From assembly GCA_017499595.2 (NCBI GenBank), contig CM039005.1, forward strand, positions 3,286,001-3,335,923: a DNA stretch of 49,923 nt, written 5' to 3'. A program made the position numbers and the translations under genes. Positions 25,038 to 34,658 of the stretch are shown in pieces. The notes beneath the pieces are model-generated. The model was not told the DNA's origin, ran no database searches, and was given only the letters and a program-made list of their open reading frames with translations. The DNA is from Psilocybe cubensis (Eukaryota). The first letter of the stretch is position 1. Each line of letters starts with the position of its first letter.

Positions 25038-28000
25038 TCATCGGTTGTAAGATTTGGATATTCTGCCGAATTCTGGATGTTCCCTCTCTTGTGAGATTGA
25101 ACGTCTATGAAGTATTATCTCGTTATCACTTTCGATACTTATCTGTTCAGCAGCTTCAACTAAAGCAGAATGATAAGTTTCATTAACGTTTTGAGTTTCG
25201 GGAACAACACCACCTTTTTCAGCGATGTCTTCATCCAGTTTACGAAAGACTGTTTTCTTCCACACATTTGCAAGGTCGAAAAGATTAGTATTGCGCTTTC
25301 GCGATACTATCCAACGACTTCCGAGTAGTCCTATCTTCCTCAAATCCGGTACGAACTCAGTTTCTCCGTCCACGAGGATCTGTGTGAACAGCTCCGGGCG
25401 AACATCATCGAGGTCGTGAACGTAATTTGGATCTGGTTTGATAAGGGGTCTGGACGAGTCTGCACTATACAGACCTTTCTCGGCATGTTTATACCATGCC
25501 GACCAGTACTCGGTAATAGTCTTTCCAAGTTCAGCAGCTGAAAACCAATTCCATACCTGATCAAACCTGGTTTTAAGTACAAGAATGGATTCGTCGTGCT
25601 CTGCGACTCGTAAAGCGAATCGCTTTTCCCAACGTTCTTGTATATTCTTCTTACACCAAGACATGACTAGGTTTTCGGGATAACCGCGCATCAAATAGAG
25701 AGCGTTAAGGTCTCTAATTGCTCCAATGTAGATTTCCTTGGTACTACATAGCACGGCTAACCTGGATAACTCTCCAATGTAGACGCCACGTTTGACGTCC
25801 AAAGGATGATGTGATACCCATGGAATTCGTTCTCGGTTGTTTCCTGTCTTGACAAATGGCTTCCAATGAAGTTTTCCAGACTCCTTGAATATGAAAGCAT
25901 CGAGAAATTGACATCCCGACAAGGAAACAGCCCATTCGATAACACAACCATCGAACTTTATTGTTTCTTTAATAAGATTAAGTGCAAGTGTTTCGGACTC
26001 GGCGTAAACAATTGCGAAACAATCGTCGATGTACCTTCCATAGAAGGCCACGTTTGGGTGGTCTAAGATTTTTGACTTTATTTCAAAATGGGCTCCAAAG
26101 AGGTTAGCAAGGTCCGGAGAATCCGCGACGCCCATTGCGAGGCCATTTTTTTGTCTAAAATATCTAGACCCATGTTGTGTTATCAATTGCGTATTGCCAA
26201 TCTCGATAGCACGTTTAAAGATGCCCAATTTAACCAAGTTATTCTCTAACGAATTTGGATTAATATGGGCTAATGCAGTGTTTTCTTCCGAAGCGTTGAG
26301 TAACCATTCCTCGTACATACTACAAACGATTTCGATGCACAAGTCCAACGGAATATTGGGGTAGAAAGCAACTACATCTCCAGTGACAAAATACCATTGT
26401 CGTTTGGGGTCTATACGCAATTGGCTTAATCTCGTAAAGAGATCCTTCGTTCCGTGAATGATTGAAGGAGTCGATTTAATAATCGGCTTAAGCTCTTTTG
26501 ATACAAACTTGGCTGCAGGATTGAATACTACAGAGTGACACGGAATTATGGGCCTAAATCCAGTAGGTTTTTTATGGATTTTAGGTATACCATGAAATTG
26601 AGGATACTTGAACGATGATCCGTCTTCCGGTACATTCGATAGAAAGAATCGAGACAACCCAAGTTCAAATAGAAACAGATGTTCATCTTCGACAGTACGT
26701 GCAAGGGTTTGCATCTGAATCATTTTGCTCTTCATAACTTCTTGCGCAACTTCGAATTCTAACTCTTCGTAGTTACGTTCATCTTCAAGAAGATTGAGCT
26801 CATTCCTTAATATCCAGTCGCGTTCAGACACCGCGAGGCCAAGATTCTTATCTGTCATCGTAATAACATAGTTGTTATCGATAAGAAACTTACGGATCTT
26901 GTCCCTTTTAGGAGAGAACGCGTGCTTTCGCATCTCCGTAAGGGCTTCTTCCGGGATACTTGCGATCGTGCGTTGCACGTACCGACGTCCCATCGAAAGG
27001 CCAAGTTCCATATATTGCGGTAATACAGGAGGTTTCTCTTTCTTTTTTGAGCTTACTCCATAATCTGGATCAAAAGGTTTATTCATGCCTTCCTTAAACA
27101 AAAAATAGATACGCCATCTTATTCTTCGTTGGAAATCATTCCATGCTTGCATGATCAGACTTTTAGAAGGCAGAGTGAAAAACATATAATTAAGTCCGAG
27201 AGAGAGATCGTTTGCTACATCAACAGGGACAGAAACACCAGGACTACAATGTACACTACTACGATACTGGCCAGCCAACAAGAATGATATTGGAGTATGT
27301 AAGTGTACGAAAGAAACTGCGTCTGTTTTAGTCATGGTGAGTATATCGTCAGGAATAGAGTTGGGGAAGGCGGGTCTCACCGACGTAAAAGGTACTACAT
27401 TAGACCGCGCATCTAGGCTCTTGCCTTTCCCTTTCCCTTTGGATCGTTCTTGACGGGAGCTCTCCCCTTCCCTTTCTTCTTGTTGTCGACCTTGTTGGAA
27501 GCCTTGGTTTGAGGCTTGCGTTGCGAAGGCGTCGACGACGACTTGGGTTTCGAAGGGCCAGCTTTCTTGGCCTGAGGTTGAGGAGCCTTGGACGAATTCT
27601 GGCCAGACAAAGTCTGGGTAATTAGAGTAGTAATTAGTATCCAGAATTATGGGTGAAGGGTTACGAAAACTTGCCTTCTTGCCCACAGATCCAAGGTTGA
27701 GCTTCTTGAGACGTGCATTCAAGCCCTTATCAATAAGGGATTGAATCGACGGACCTGGTTTGGTCGCGTCGGCCATCTCGACATCGGCTGTTGCCGCAGT
27801 CGTCCGCTTTTTCTCAATCTTAATTGCCAAAGCGCGGTGGCGCATGTTGACAATTTGTTTGATGTGAGAAAAGATCGCCGGCAGTATGGTTTGCAGCGCA
27901 CTGCATTCGGCTTTCTTTTGCGGAGACACTACCCACTCTGCTATACGTCGAACTCCCTTGTTGTCTGTAGAGAAAACAGGGAGCTTGTAGCTGGATTTGC

Positions 28001-28568
28001 GATCATCGTAAGTTGCCTTAACGATGAGGGCAGCAGCTTCGTAGCAAGAGTTGAGTGCGCATTTATCATCCCAAAAAGTCAGCTCGTCCTTTTTCGCCTG
28101 AATGGCGCCGTCGTTAATTGCCTTTTGGAAGGCGTCACGAGCGGTAGAGAACGTAGTGGAGACTCGAAGAGCCTCCGCTGACCCGGCATCCGCGAATTCC
28201 TTCGTAAGTTGGAACTCGGGTGCCTTCACCTTAAGGCGATTGGGCGTGTTGCCTGCGCTAACGGCAGATTCAAGGCGCTCGAGGCTAGCCTTGACTGTTT
28301 CCCTCTTATCGCACCACGATGCGAGGTTGAGGAGAAACTCCCTAAGGGCAGCACGATAGTCAAAAAAGACGCAGTCTATGACTTGGTCAACGGAGCGGCA
28401 CTCAGCTATTTTTTTGATGACCACAGTGGCCAGCTCGTCGATCAGAGCGTTATGGCGGCCTGCTTCATCGTTGACGCCGAAAACGGTGTTGTTGACGACG
28501 GCCTGGGTGAGTGCGTCCAGGGTGGGGGACATGGCACGAGAGAAAGCAGCAGAGTATTGAGATGACAT
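25038..28568 (-). CDS. Penelope-like (Coprina-type) reverse transcriptase polyprotein, 1176 aa
   Basis: Intact ATG-initiated ORF with an N-terminal ~300-aa helical-looking region, an RT core with YIDD, a thumb motif and an unassigned C-terminal extension. Confidence 0.93.
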   Translation of the reverse strand: MSSQYSAAFSRAMSPTLDALTQAVVNNTVFGVNDEAGRHNALIDELATVVIKKIAECRSVDQVIDCVFFDYRAALREFLLNLASWCDKRETVKASLERLESAVSAGNTPNRLKVKAPEFQLTKEFADAGSAEALRVSTTFSTARDAFQKAINDGAIQAKKDELTFWDDKCALNSCYEAAALIVKATYDDRKSSYKLPVFSTDNKGVRRIAEWVVSPQKKAECSALQTILPAIFSHIKQIVNMRHRALAIKIEKKRTTAATADVEMADATKPGPSIQSLIDKGLNARLKKLNLGSVGKKASFRNPSPIILDTNYYSNYPDFVWPEFVQGSSTSGQESWPFETQVVVDAFATQASNQGFQQGRQQEEREGESSRQERSKGKGKGKSLDARSNVVPFTSVRPAFPNSIPDDILTMTKTDAVSFVHLHTPISFLLAGQYRSSVHCSPGVSVPVDVANDLSLGLNYMFFTLPSKSLIMQAWNDFQRRIRWRIYFLFKEGMNKPFDPDYGVSSKKKEKPPVLPQYMELGLSMGRRYVQRTIASIPEEALTEMRKHAFSPKRDKIRKFLIDNNYVITMTDKNLGLAVSERDWILRNELNLLEDERNYEELEFEVAQEVMKSKMIQMQTLARTVEDEHLFLFELGLSRFFLSNVPEDGSSFKYPQFHGIPKIHKKPTGFRPIIPCHSVVFNPAAKFVSKELKPIIKSTPSIIHGTKDLFTRLSQLRIDPKRQWYFVTGDVVAFYPNIPLDLCIEIVCSMYEEWLLNASEENTALAHINPNSLENNLVKLGIFKRAIEIGNTQLITQHGSRYFRQKNGLAMGVADSPDLANLFGAHFEIKSKILDHPNVAFYGRYIDDCFAIVYAESETLALNLIKETIKFDGCVIEWAVSLSGCQFLDAFIFKESGKLHWKPFVKTGNNRERIPWVSHHPLDVKRGVYIGELSRLAVLCSTKEIYIGAIRDLNALYLMRGYPENLVMSWCKKNIQERWEKRFALRVAEHDESILVLKTRFDQVWNWFSAAELGKTITEYWSAWYKHAEKGLYSADSSRPLIKPDPNYVHDLDDVRPELFTQILVDGETEFVPDLRKIGLLGSRWIVSRKRNTNLFDLANVWKKTVFRKLDEDIAEKGGVVPETQNVNETYHSALVEAAEQISIESDNEIILHRRSISQEREHPEFGRISKSYNR
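27413..28568 (-). CDS. Predicted spliced ORF1 isoform (~364 aa; exons 28568-27675 and 27613-27413) with a Lys-rich C-terminus
   Basis: AAG|GCAAGT donor, two CTAAT branch-like sites and a CCAG acceptor. A phase-0 join enters the basic frame TLSGQNSSKAPQ...KGKGKARA*. Equivalent introns lie at 23792-23852, 32724-32784, 37238-37298 and 44344-44404. Confidence 0.6.
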
Positions 28569-28674
28569 AGTGGCTGATGGATAATAGCAAAGTCGTTGGG
28601 TTTAGGGGGGGAGCGAGCACCGAGCGAAGCGAGGTGCGAGCGACTAGTTTAAACTGGGAGTTAAATGGAAAGTA

Positions 28675-28737
28675 GCCAGAGGGCTGTTGGGGGATCCCAA
28701 CAACCAGCCCTTTCGTCTTTATAGACTCTTCAGTGGC
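28675..28737 (-). ncRNA. Type I hammerhead ribozyme
   Basis: Same core; predicted cleavage between 28679 and 28678, 110 nt upstream of the ATG at 28568. Confidence 0.9.
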
Positions 28738-29376
28738 TATTCTTAGAAGGAATGTTCTAGACATCCGATGACAGCGCGTGAAGTGATGCTGCGCAGCTGT
28801 CATGTATCTTACCGACTATCACAAATCTGTCAATGTTTATTGTCAAGTTAGACAGGTTTCTGATGAACAGAGTGTCACGGGTCGATGTGGCACATGGTAA
28901 CCTGTCAAAAGTGGATCCAACACTTTTGTTCTTTGACATTGTGGGTTATTGACTGTGATGTGAATCACATGGATATAGAGTACTCTGGTTACGTGGCTCC
29001 GAGTAACCGCGACATGGGAATATTCACATGTCTAGAGTATAAATAGCTTACCTGGGTCCTTACCTAACAATCAAATGATTGATTGTTGTGAATCTTAATT
29101 GGACAGTTCATGATCCGGTCCATCAAAAATGTTTCCACGGTACTAAGGAACTTTTCCCGAAGTACTAAGTAACTTTTCCCATGTACTAAATTAGATCCGG
29201 CCCTTCACAATCACATCCGTTCGGAAGTTCACACGCCTACCTTACTTCCTACTAAGGTTAGACTTAGTTAGCTTAGGGTTGGGGTTAGGTTAGGGCTTAG
29301 GGTTTAGGGGGGGAGCGAGCACCGAGCGAAGCGAGGTGCGAGCGACTAGTTTAAACTGGGAGTTAAATGGAAAGTA

Positions 29377-29439
29377 GCCAGAGGGCTGTTGGGGGATCCC
29401 AACAACCAGCCCTTTCGTCTTTATAGACTCTTCAGTGGC
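29377..29439 (-). ncRNA. Type I hammerhead ribozyme
   Basis: Same as 24267-24329. Confidence 0.9.
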
Positions 29440-30147
29440 TATTCTTAGAAGGAATGTTCTAGACATCCGATGACAGCGCGTGAAGTGATGCTGCGCAGCT
29501 GTCATGTATCTTACCGACTATCACAAATCTGTCAATGTTTATTGTCAAGTTAGACAGGTTTCTGATGAACAGAGTGTCACGGGTCGATGTGGCACATGGT
29601 AACCTGTCAAAAGTGGATCCAACACTTTTGTTCTTTGACATTGTGGGTTATTGACTGTGATGTGAATCACATGGATATAGAGTACTCTGGTTACGTGGCT
29701 CCGAGTAACCGCGACATGGGAATATTCACATGTCTAGAGTATAAATAGCTTACCTGGGTCCTTACCTAACAATCAAATGATTGATTGTTGTGAATCTTAA
29801 TTGGACAGTTCATGATCCGGTCCATCAAAAATGTTTCCACGGTACTAAGGAACTTTTCCCGAAGTACTAAGTAACTTTTCCCATGTACTAAATTAGATCC
29901 GGCCCTTCACAATCACATCCGTTCGGAAGTTCACACGCCTACCTTACTTCCTACTAAGGTTAGACTTAGTTAGCTTAGGGTTGGGGTTAGGTTAGGGCTT
30001 AGGGTTTAGGGTTTAGGGTTTAGGTTTAGGTTTAGCTATTTAATCCAATGTGTTGCTTGTAAGTAGATGTTTGTTACTTTGTAGCAAGGAATACTTACGG
30101 TTAGGGTTTTTTTCTAATGCTTTACGCCTTACGCGCTAGTATTCTTT

Positions 30148-33100
30148 TCATCGGTTGTAAGATTTGGATATTCTGCCGAATTCTGGATGTTCCCTCTCTT
30201 GTGAGATTGAACGTCTATGAAGTATTATCTCGTTATCACTTTCGATACTTATCTGTTCAGCAGCTTCAACTAAAGCAGAATGATAAGTTTCATTAACGTT
30301 TTGAGTTTCGGGAACAACACCACCTTTTTCAGCGATGTCTTCATCCAGTTTACGAAAGACTGTTTTCTTCCACACATTTGCAAGGTCGAAAAGATTAGTA
30401 TTGCGCTTTCGCGATACTATCCAACGACTTCCGAGTAGTCCTATCTTCCTCAAATCCGGTACGAACTCAGTTTCTCCGTCCACGAGGATCTGTGTGAACA
30501 GCTCCGGGCGAACATCATCGAGGTCGTGAACGTAATTTGGATCTGGTTTGATAAGGGGTCTGGACGAGTCTGCACTATACAGACCTTTCTCGGCATGTTT
30601 ATACCATGCCGACCAGTACTCGGTAATAGTCTTTCCAAGTTCAGCAGCTGAAAACCAATTCCATACCTGATCAAACCTGGTTTTAAGTACAAGAATGGAT
30701 TCGTCGTGCTCTGCGACTCGTAAAGCGAATCGCTTTTCCCAACGTTCTTGTATATTCTTCTTACACCAAGACATGACTAGGTTTTCGGGATAACCGCGCA
30801 TCAAATAGAGAGCGTTAAGGTCTCTAATTGCTCCAATGTAGATTTCCTTGGTACTACATAGCACGGCTAACCTGGATAACTCTCCAATGTAGACGCCACG
30901 TTTGACGTCCAAAGGATGATGTGATACCCATGGAATTCGTTCTCGGTTGTTTCCTGTCTTGACAAATGGCTTCCAATGAAGTTTTCCAGACTCCTTGAAT
31001 ATGAAAGCATCGAGAAATTGACATCCCGACAAGGAAACAGCCCATTCGATAACACAACCATCGAACTTTATTGTTTCTTTAATAAGATTAAGTGCAAGTG
31101 TTTCGGACTCGGCGTAAACAATTGCGAAACAATCGTCGATGTACCTTCCATAGAAGGCCACGTTTGGGTGGTCTAAGATTTTTGACTTTATTTCAAAATG
31201 GGCTCCAAAGAGGTTAGCAAGGTCCGGAGAATCCGCGACGCCCATTGCGAGGCCATTTTTTTGTCTAAAATATCTAGACCCATGTTGTGTTATCAATTGC
31301 GTATTGCCAATCTCGATAGCACGTTTAAAGATGCCCAATTTAACCAAGTTATTCTCTAACGAATTTGGATTAATATGGGCTAATGCAGTGTTTTCTTCCG
31401 AAGCGTTGAGTAACCATTCCTCGTACATACTACAAACGATTTCGATGCACAAGTCCAACGGAATATTGGGGTAGAAAGCAACTACATCTCCAGTGACAAA
31501 ATACCATTGTCGTTTGGGGTCTATACGCAATTGGCTTAATCTCGTAAAGAGATCCTTCGTTCCGTGAATGATTGAAGGAGTCGATTTAATAATCGGCTTA
31601 AGCTCTTTTGATACAAACTTGGCTGCAGGATTGAATACTACAGAGTGACACGGAATTATGGGCCTAAATCCAGTAGGTTTTTTATGGATTTTAGGTATAC
31701 CATGAAATTGAGGATACTTGAACGATGATCCGTCTTCCGGTACATTCGATAGAAAGAATCGAGACAACCCAAGTTCAAATAGAAACAGATGTTCATCTTC
31801 GACAGTACGTGCAAGGGTTTGCATCTGAATCATTTTGCTCTTCATAACTTCTTGCGCAACTTCGAATTCTAACTCTTCGTAGTTACGTTCATCTTCAAGA
31901 AGATTGAGCTCATTCCTTAATATCCAGTCGCGTTCAGACACCGCGAGGCCAAGATTCTTATCTGTCATCGTAATAACATAGTTGTTATCGATAAGAAACT
32001 TACGGATCTTGTCCCTTTTAGGAGAGAACGCGTGCTTTCGCATCTCCGTAAGGGCTTCTTCCGGGATACTTGCGATCGTGCGTTGCACGTACCGACGTCC
32101 CATCGAAAGGCCAAGTTCCATATATTGCGGTAATACAGGAGGTTTCTCTTTCTTTTTTGAGCTTACTCCATAATCTGGATCAAAAGGTTTATTCATGCCT
32201 TCCTTAAACAAAAAATAGATACGCCATCTTATTCTTCGTTGGAAATCATTCCATGCTTGCATGATCAGACTTTTAGAAGGCAGAGTGAAAAACATATAAT
32301 TAAGTCCGAGAGAGAGATCGTTTGCTACATCAACAGGGACAGAAACACCAGGACTACAATGTACACTACTACGATACTGGCCAGCCAACAAGAATGATAT
32401 TGGAGTATGTAAGTGTACGAAAGAAACTGCGTCTGTTTTAGTCATGGTGAGTATATCGTCAGGAATAGAGTTGGGGAAGGCGGGTCTCACCGACGTAAAA
32501 GGTACTACATTAGACCGCGCATCTAGGCTCTTGCCTTTCCCTTTCCCTTTGGATCGTTCTTGACGGGAGCTCTCCCCTTCCCTTTCTTCTTGTTGTCGAC
32601 CTTGTTGGAAGCCTTGGTTTGAGGCTTGCGTTGCGAAGGCGTCGACGACGACTTGGGTTTCGAAGGGCCAGCTTTCTTGGCCTGAGGTTGAGGAGCCTTG
32701 GACGAATTCTGGCCAGACAAAGTCTGGGTAATTAGAGTAGTAATTAGTATCCAGAATTATGGGTGAAGGGTTACGAAAACTTGCCTTCTTGCCCACAGAT
32801 CCAAGGTTGAGCTTCTTGAGACGTGCATTCAAGCCCTTATCAATAAGGGATTGAATCGACGGACCTGGTTTGGTCGCGTCGGCCATCTCGACATCGGCTG
32901 TTGCCGCAGTCGTCCGCTTTTTCTCAATCTTAATTGCCAAAGCGCGGTGGCGCATGTTGACAATTTGTTTGATGTGAGAAAAGATCGCCGGCAGTATGGT
33001 TTGCAGCGCACTGCATTCGGCTTTCTTTTGCGGAGACACTACCCACTCTGCTATACGTCGAACTCCCTTGTTGTCTGTAGAGAAAACAGGGAGCTTGTAG

Positions 33101-33678
33101 CTGGATTTGCGATCATCGTAAGTTGCCTTAACGATGAGGGCAGCAGCTTCGTAGCAAGAGTTGAGTGCGCATTTATCATCCCAAAAAGTCAGCTCGTCCT
33201 TTTTCGCCTGAATGGCGCCGTCGTTAATTGCCTTTTGGAAGGCGTCACGAGCGGTAGAGAACGTAGTGGAGACTCGAAGAGCCTCCGCTGACCCGGCATC
33301 CGCGAATTCCTTCGTAAGTTGGAACTCGGGTGCCTTCACCTTAAGGCGATTGGGCGTGTTGCCTGCGCTAACGGCAGATTCAAGGCGCTCGAGGCTAGCC
33401 TTGACTGTTTCCCTCTTATCGCACCACGATGCGAGGTTGAGGAGAAACTCCCTAAGGGCAGCACGATAGTCAAAAAAGACGCAGTCTATGACTTGGTCAA
33501 CGGAGCGGCACTCAGCTATTTTTTTGATGACCACAGTGGCCAGCTCGTCGATCAGAGCGTTATGGCGGCCTGCTTCATCGTTGACGCCGAAAACGGTGTT
33601 GTTGACGACGGCCTGGGTGAGTGCGTCCAGGGTGGGGGACATGGCACGAGAGAAAGCAGCAGAGTATTGAGATGACAT
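30148..33678 (-). CDS. Penelope-like reverse transcriptase polyprotein, 1176 aa
   Basis: Translation matches that of 25038-28568. Confidence 0.93.
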   Translation of the reverse strand: MSSQYSAAFSRAMSPTLDALTQAVVNNTVFGVNDEAGRHNALIDELATVVIKKIAECRSVDQVIDCVFFDYRAALREFLLNLASWCDKRETVKASLERLESAVSAGNTPNRLKVKAPEFQLTKEFADAGSAEALRVSTTFSTARDAFQKAINDGAIQAKKDELTFWDDKCALNSCYEAAALIVKATYDDRKSSYKLPVFSTDNKGVRRIAEWVVSPQKKAECSALQTILPAIFSHIKQIVNMRHRALAIKIEKKRTTAATADVEMADATKPGPSIQSLIDKGLNARLKKLNLGSVGKKASFRNPSPIILDTNYYSNYPDFVWPEFVQGSSTSGQESWPFETQVVVDAFATQASNQGFQQGRQQEEREGESSRQERSKGKGKGKSLDARSNVVPFTSVRPAFPNSIPDDILTMTKTDAVSFVHLHTPISFLLAGQYRSSVHCSPGVSVPVDVANDLSLGLNYMFFTLPSKSLIMQAWNDFQRRIRWRIYFLFKEGMNKPFDPDYGVSSKKKEKPPVLPQYMELGLSMGRRYVQRTIASIPEEALTEMRKHAFSPKRDKIRKFLIDNNYVITMTDKNLGLAVSERDWILRNELNLLEDERNYEELEFEVAQEVMKSKMIQMQTLARTVEDEHLFLFELGLSRFFLSNVPEDGSSFKYPQFHGIPKIHKKPTGFRPIIPCHSVVFNPAAKFVSKELKPIIKSTPSIIHGTKDLFTRLSQLRIDPKRQWYFVTGDVVAFYPNIPLDLCIEIVCSMYEEWLLNASEENTALAHINPNSLENNLVKLGIFKRAIEIGNTQLITQHGSRYFRQKNGLAMGVADSPDLANLFGAHFEIKSKILDHPNVAFYGRYIDDCFAIVYAESETLALNLIKETIKFDGCVIEWAVSLSGCQFLDAFIFKESGKLHWKPFVKTGNNRERIPWVSHHPLDVKRGVYIGELSRLAVLCSTKEIYIGAIRDLNALYLMRGYPENLVMSWCKKNIQERWEKRFALRVAEHDESILVLKTRFDQVWNWFSAAELGKTITEYWSAWYKHAEKGLYSADSSRPLIKPDPNYVHDLDDVRPELFTQILVDGETEFVPDLRKIGLLGSRWIVSRKRNTNLFDLANVWKKTVFRKLDEDIAEKGGVVPETQNVNETYHSALVEAAEQISIESDNEIILHRRSISQEREHPEFGRISKSYNR

Positions 33679-33883
33679 AGTGGCTGATGGATAATAGCAA
33701 AGTCGTTGGGTTTAGGGGGGGAGCGAGCACCGAGCGAAGCGAGGTGCGAGCGACTAGTTTAAACTGGGAGTTAAATGGGTTTAGGGTTTAGGGTTTGGGT
33801 TTAGGGTTTAGGGGGGGAGCGAGCACCGAGCGAAGCGAGGTGCGAGCGACTAGTTTAAACTGTGAGTTTGAAATAGAAAGAAG

Positions 33884-33946
33884 GCCAGAGGGCTGTTGGG
33901 GGATCCCAACAACCAGCCCTTTCGTCTTTATAGACTCTTCAGTGGC
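33884..33946 (-). ncRNA. Type I hammerhead ribozyme
   Basis: Same core and stems. Confidence 0.88.
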
Positions 33947-34658
33947 TATTCTTTAGAAGGAATGTTCTAGACATCCGATGACAGCGCGTGAAGTGATGCT
34001 GCGCAGCTGTCATGTATCTTACCGACTATCACAAATCTGTCAATGTTTATTGTCAAGTTAGACAGGTCTCTGATGAACAGAGTGTCACGGGTCGATGTGG
34101 CACATGGTAACCTGTCAAAAGTGGATCCAACACTTTTGTTCTTTGACATCGTGGGTTATTGACTGTGATGTGATTCACATGGATATAGATTACTCTGGTT
34201 ACGTGGCTCCGAGTAACCGCGACATGGGAATATTCACATGTCTAGAGTATAAATAGCTTACCTGGGTCCTTACCTAACAATCAAACAATAGAATGATTGA
34301 TTGTTGTGAATCTTAATTGGACAGTTCATGATCCGGTCCATCAAAAATGTTTCCACGGTACTAAGGAACTTTTCCCGAAGTACTAAGTAACTTTTCCCAT
34401 GTACTAAATTAGATCCGGCCCTTCACAATCACATGCCGTTCGGAAGTTCACACGCCTACCTTACTTCCTACTAAGGTTAGACTTAGTTAGCTTAGGGTTG
34501 GGGTTAGGTTAGGGTTTAGGGTTTAGGGTTTAGGGTTTAGGTTTAGCTATTTAATCCAAAGTGTTGCTTGTAAGTAGATGTTTGTTACTTTATAGCAAGG
34601 AATACTTACGGTTAGGGTTTTTTTCTAATGCTTTACGCCTTACGCGCTAGTATTCTTT

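Larger units (their letters stand above)
24197..29306 (-). mobile_element. Element copy B, full length with 5' repeat of the terminal module (28605-29306)
   Basis: Terminal module 24197-25037, ORF 25038-28568, junction aaagtcgttgggtttaggggggg, then a second module ending in the internal telomeric tract. Confidence 0.9.
29307..33778 (-). mobile_element. Element copy C, full length with very short 5' repeat (33715-33778)
   Basis: Appears identical to copy B at an offset of 5110 bp; capped by telomeric repeats after ...ttaaatgg. Confidence 0.9.

Noticed and set aside
25765-25800. GVYIG as a possible GIY-YIG endonuclease motif
   Set aside because: It lies in the HP..KRG...ELSRL thumb motif of Penelope-like RTs, and no GIY/YIG pair with downstream catalytic residues is evident.
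27741-28565. Plus-strand ORFs antisense to the RT gene
   Set aside because: These are shadow ORFs whose lengths differ between copies.
24197-29306. LTR retrotransposon interpretation of the direct terminal repeats
   Set aside because: No TG...CA ends, primer-binding site, protease, RNase H, integrase or target-site duplication. The 5' repeat length varies from 64 to about 770 bp.
24197-33778. Copies B and C as independent evidence of conservation
   Set aside because: They appear identical at a 5110-bp offset (one event, a recent duplication or an assembly repeat), so they count as one sample.
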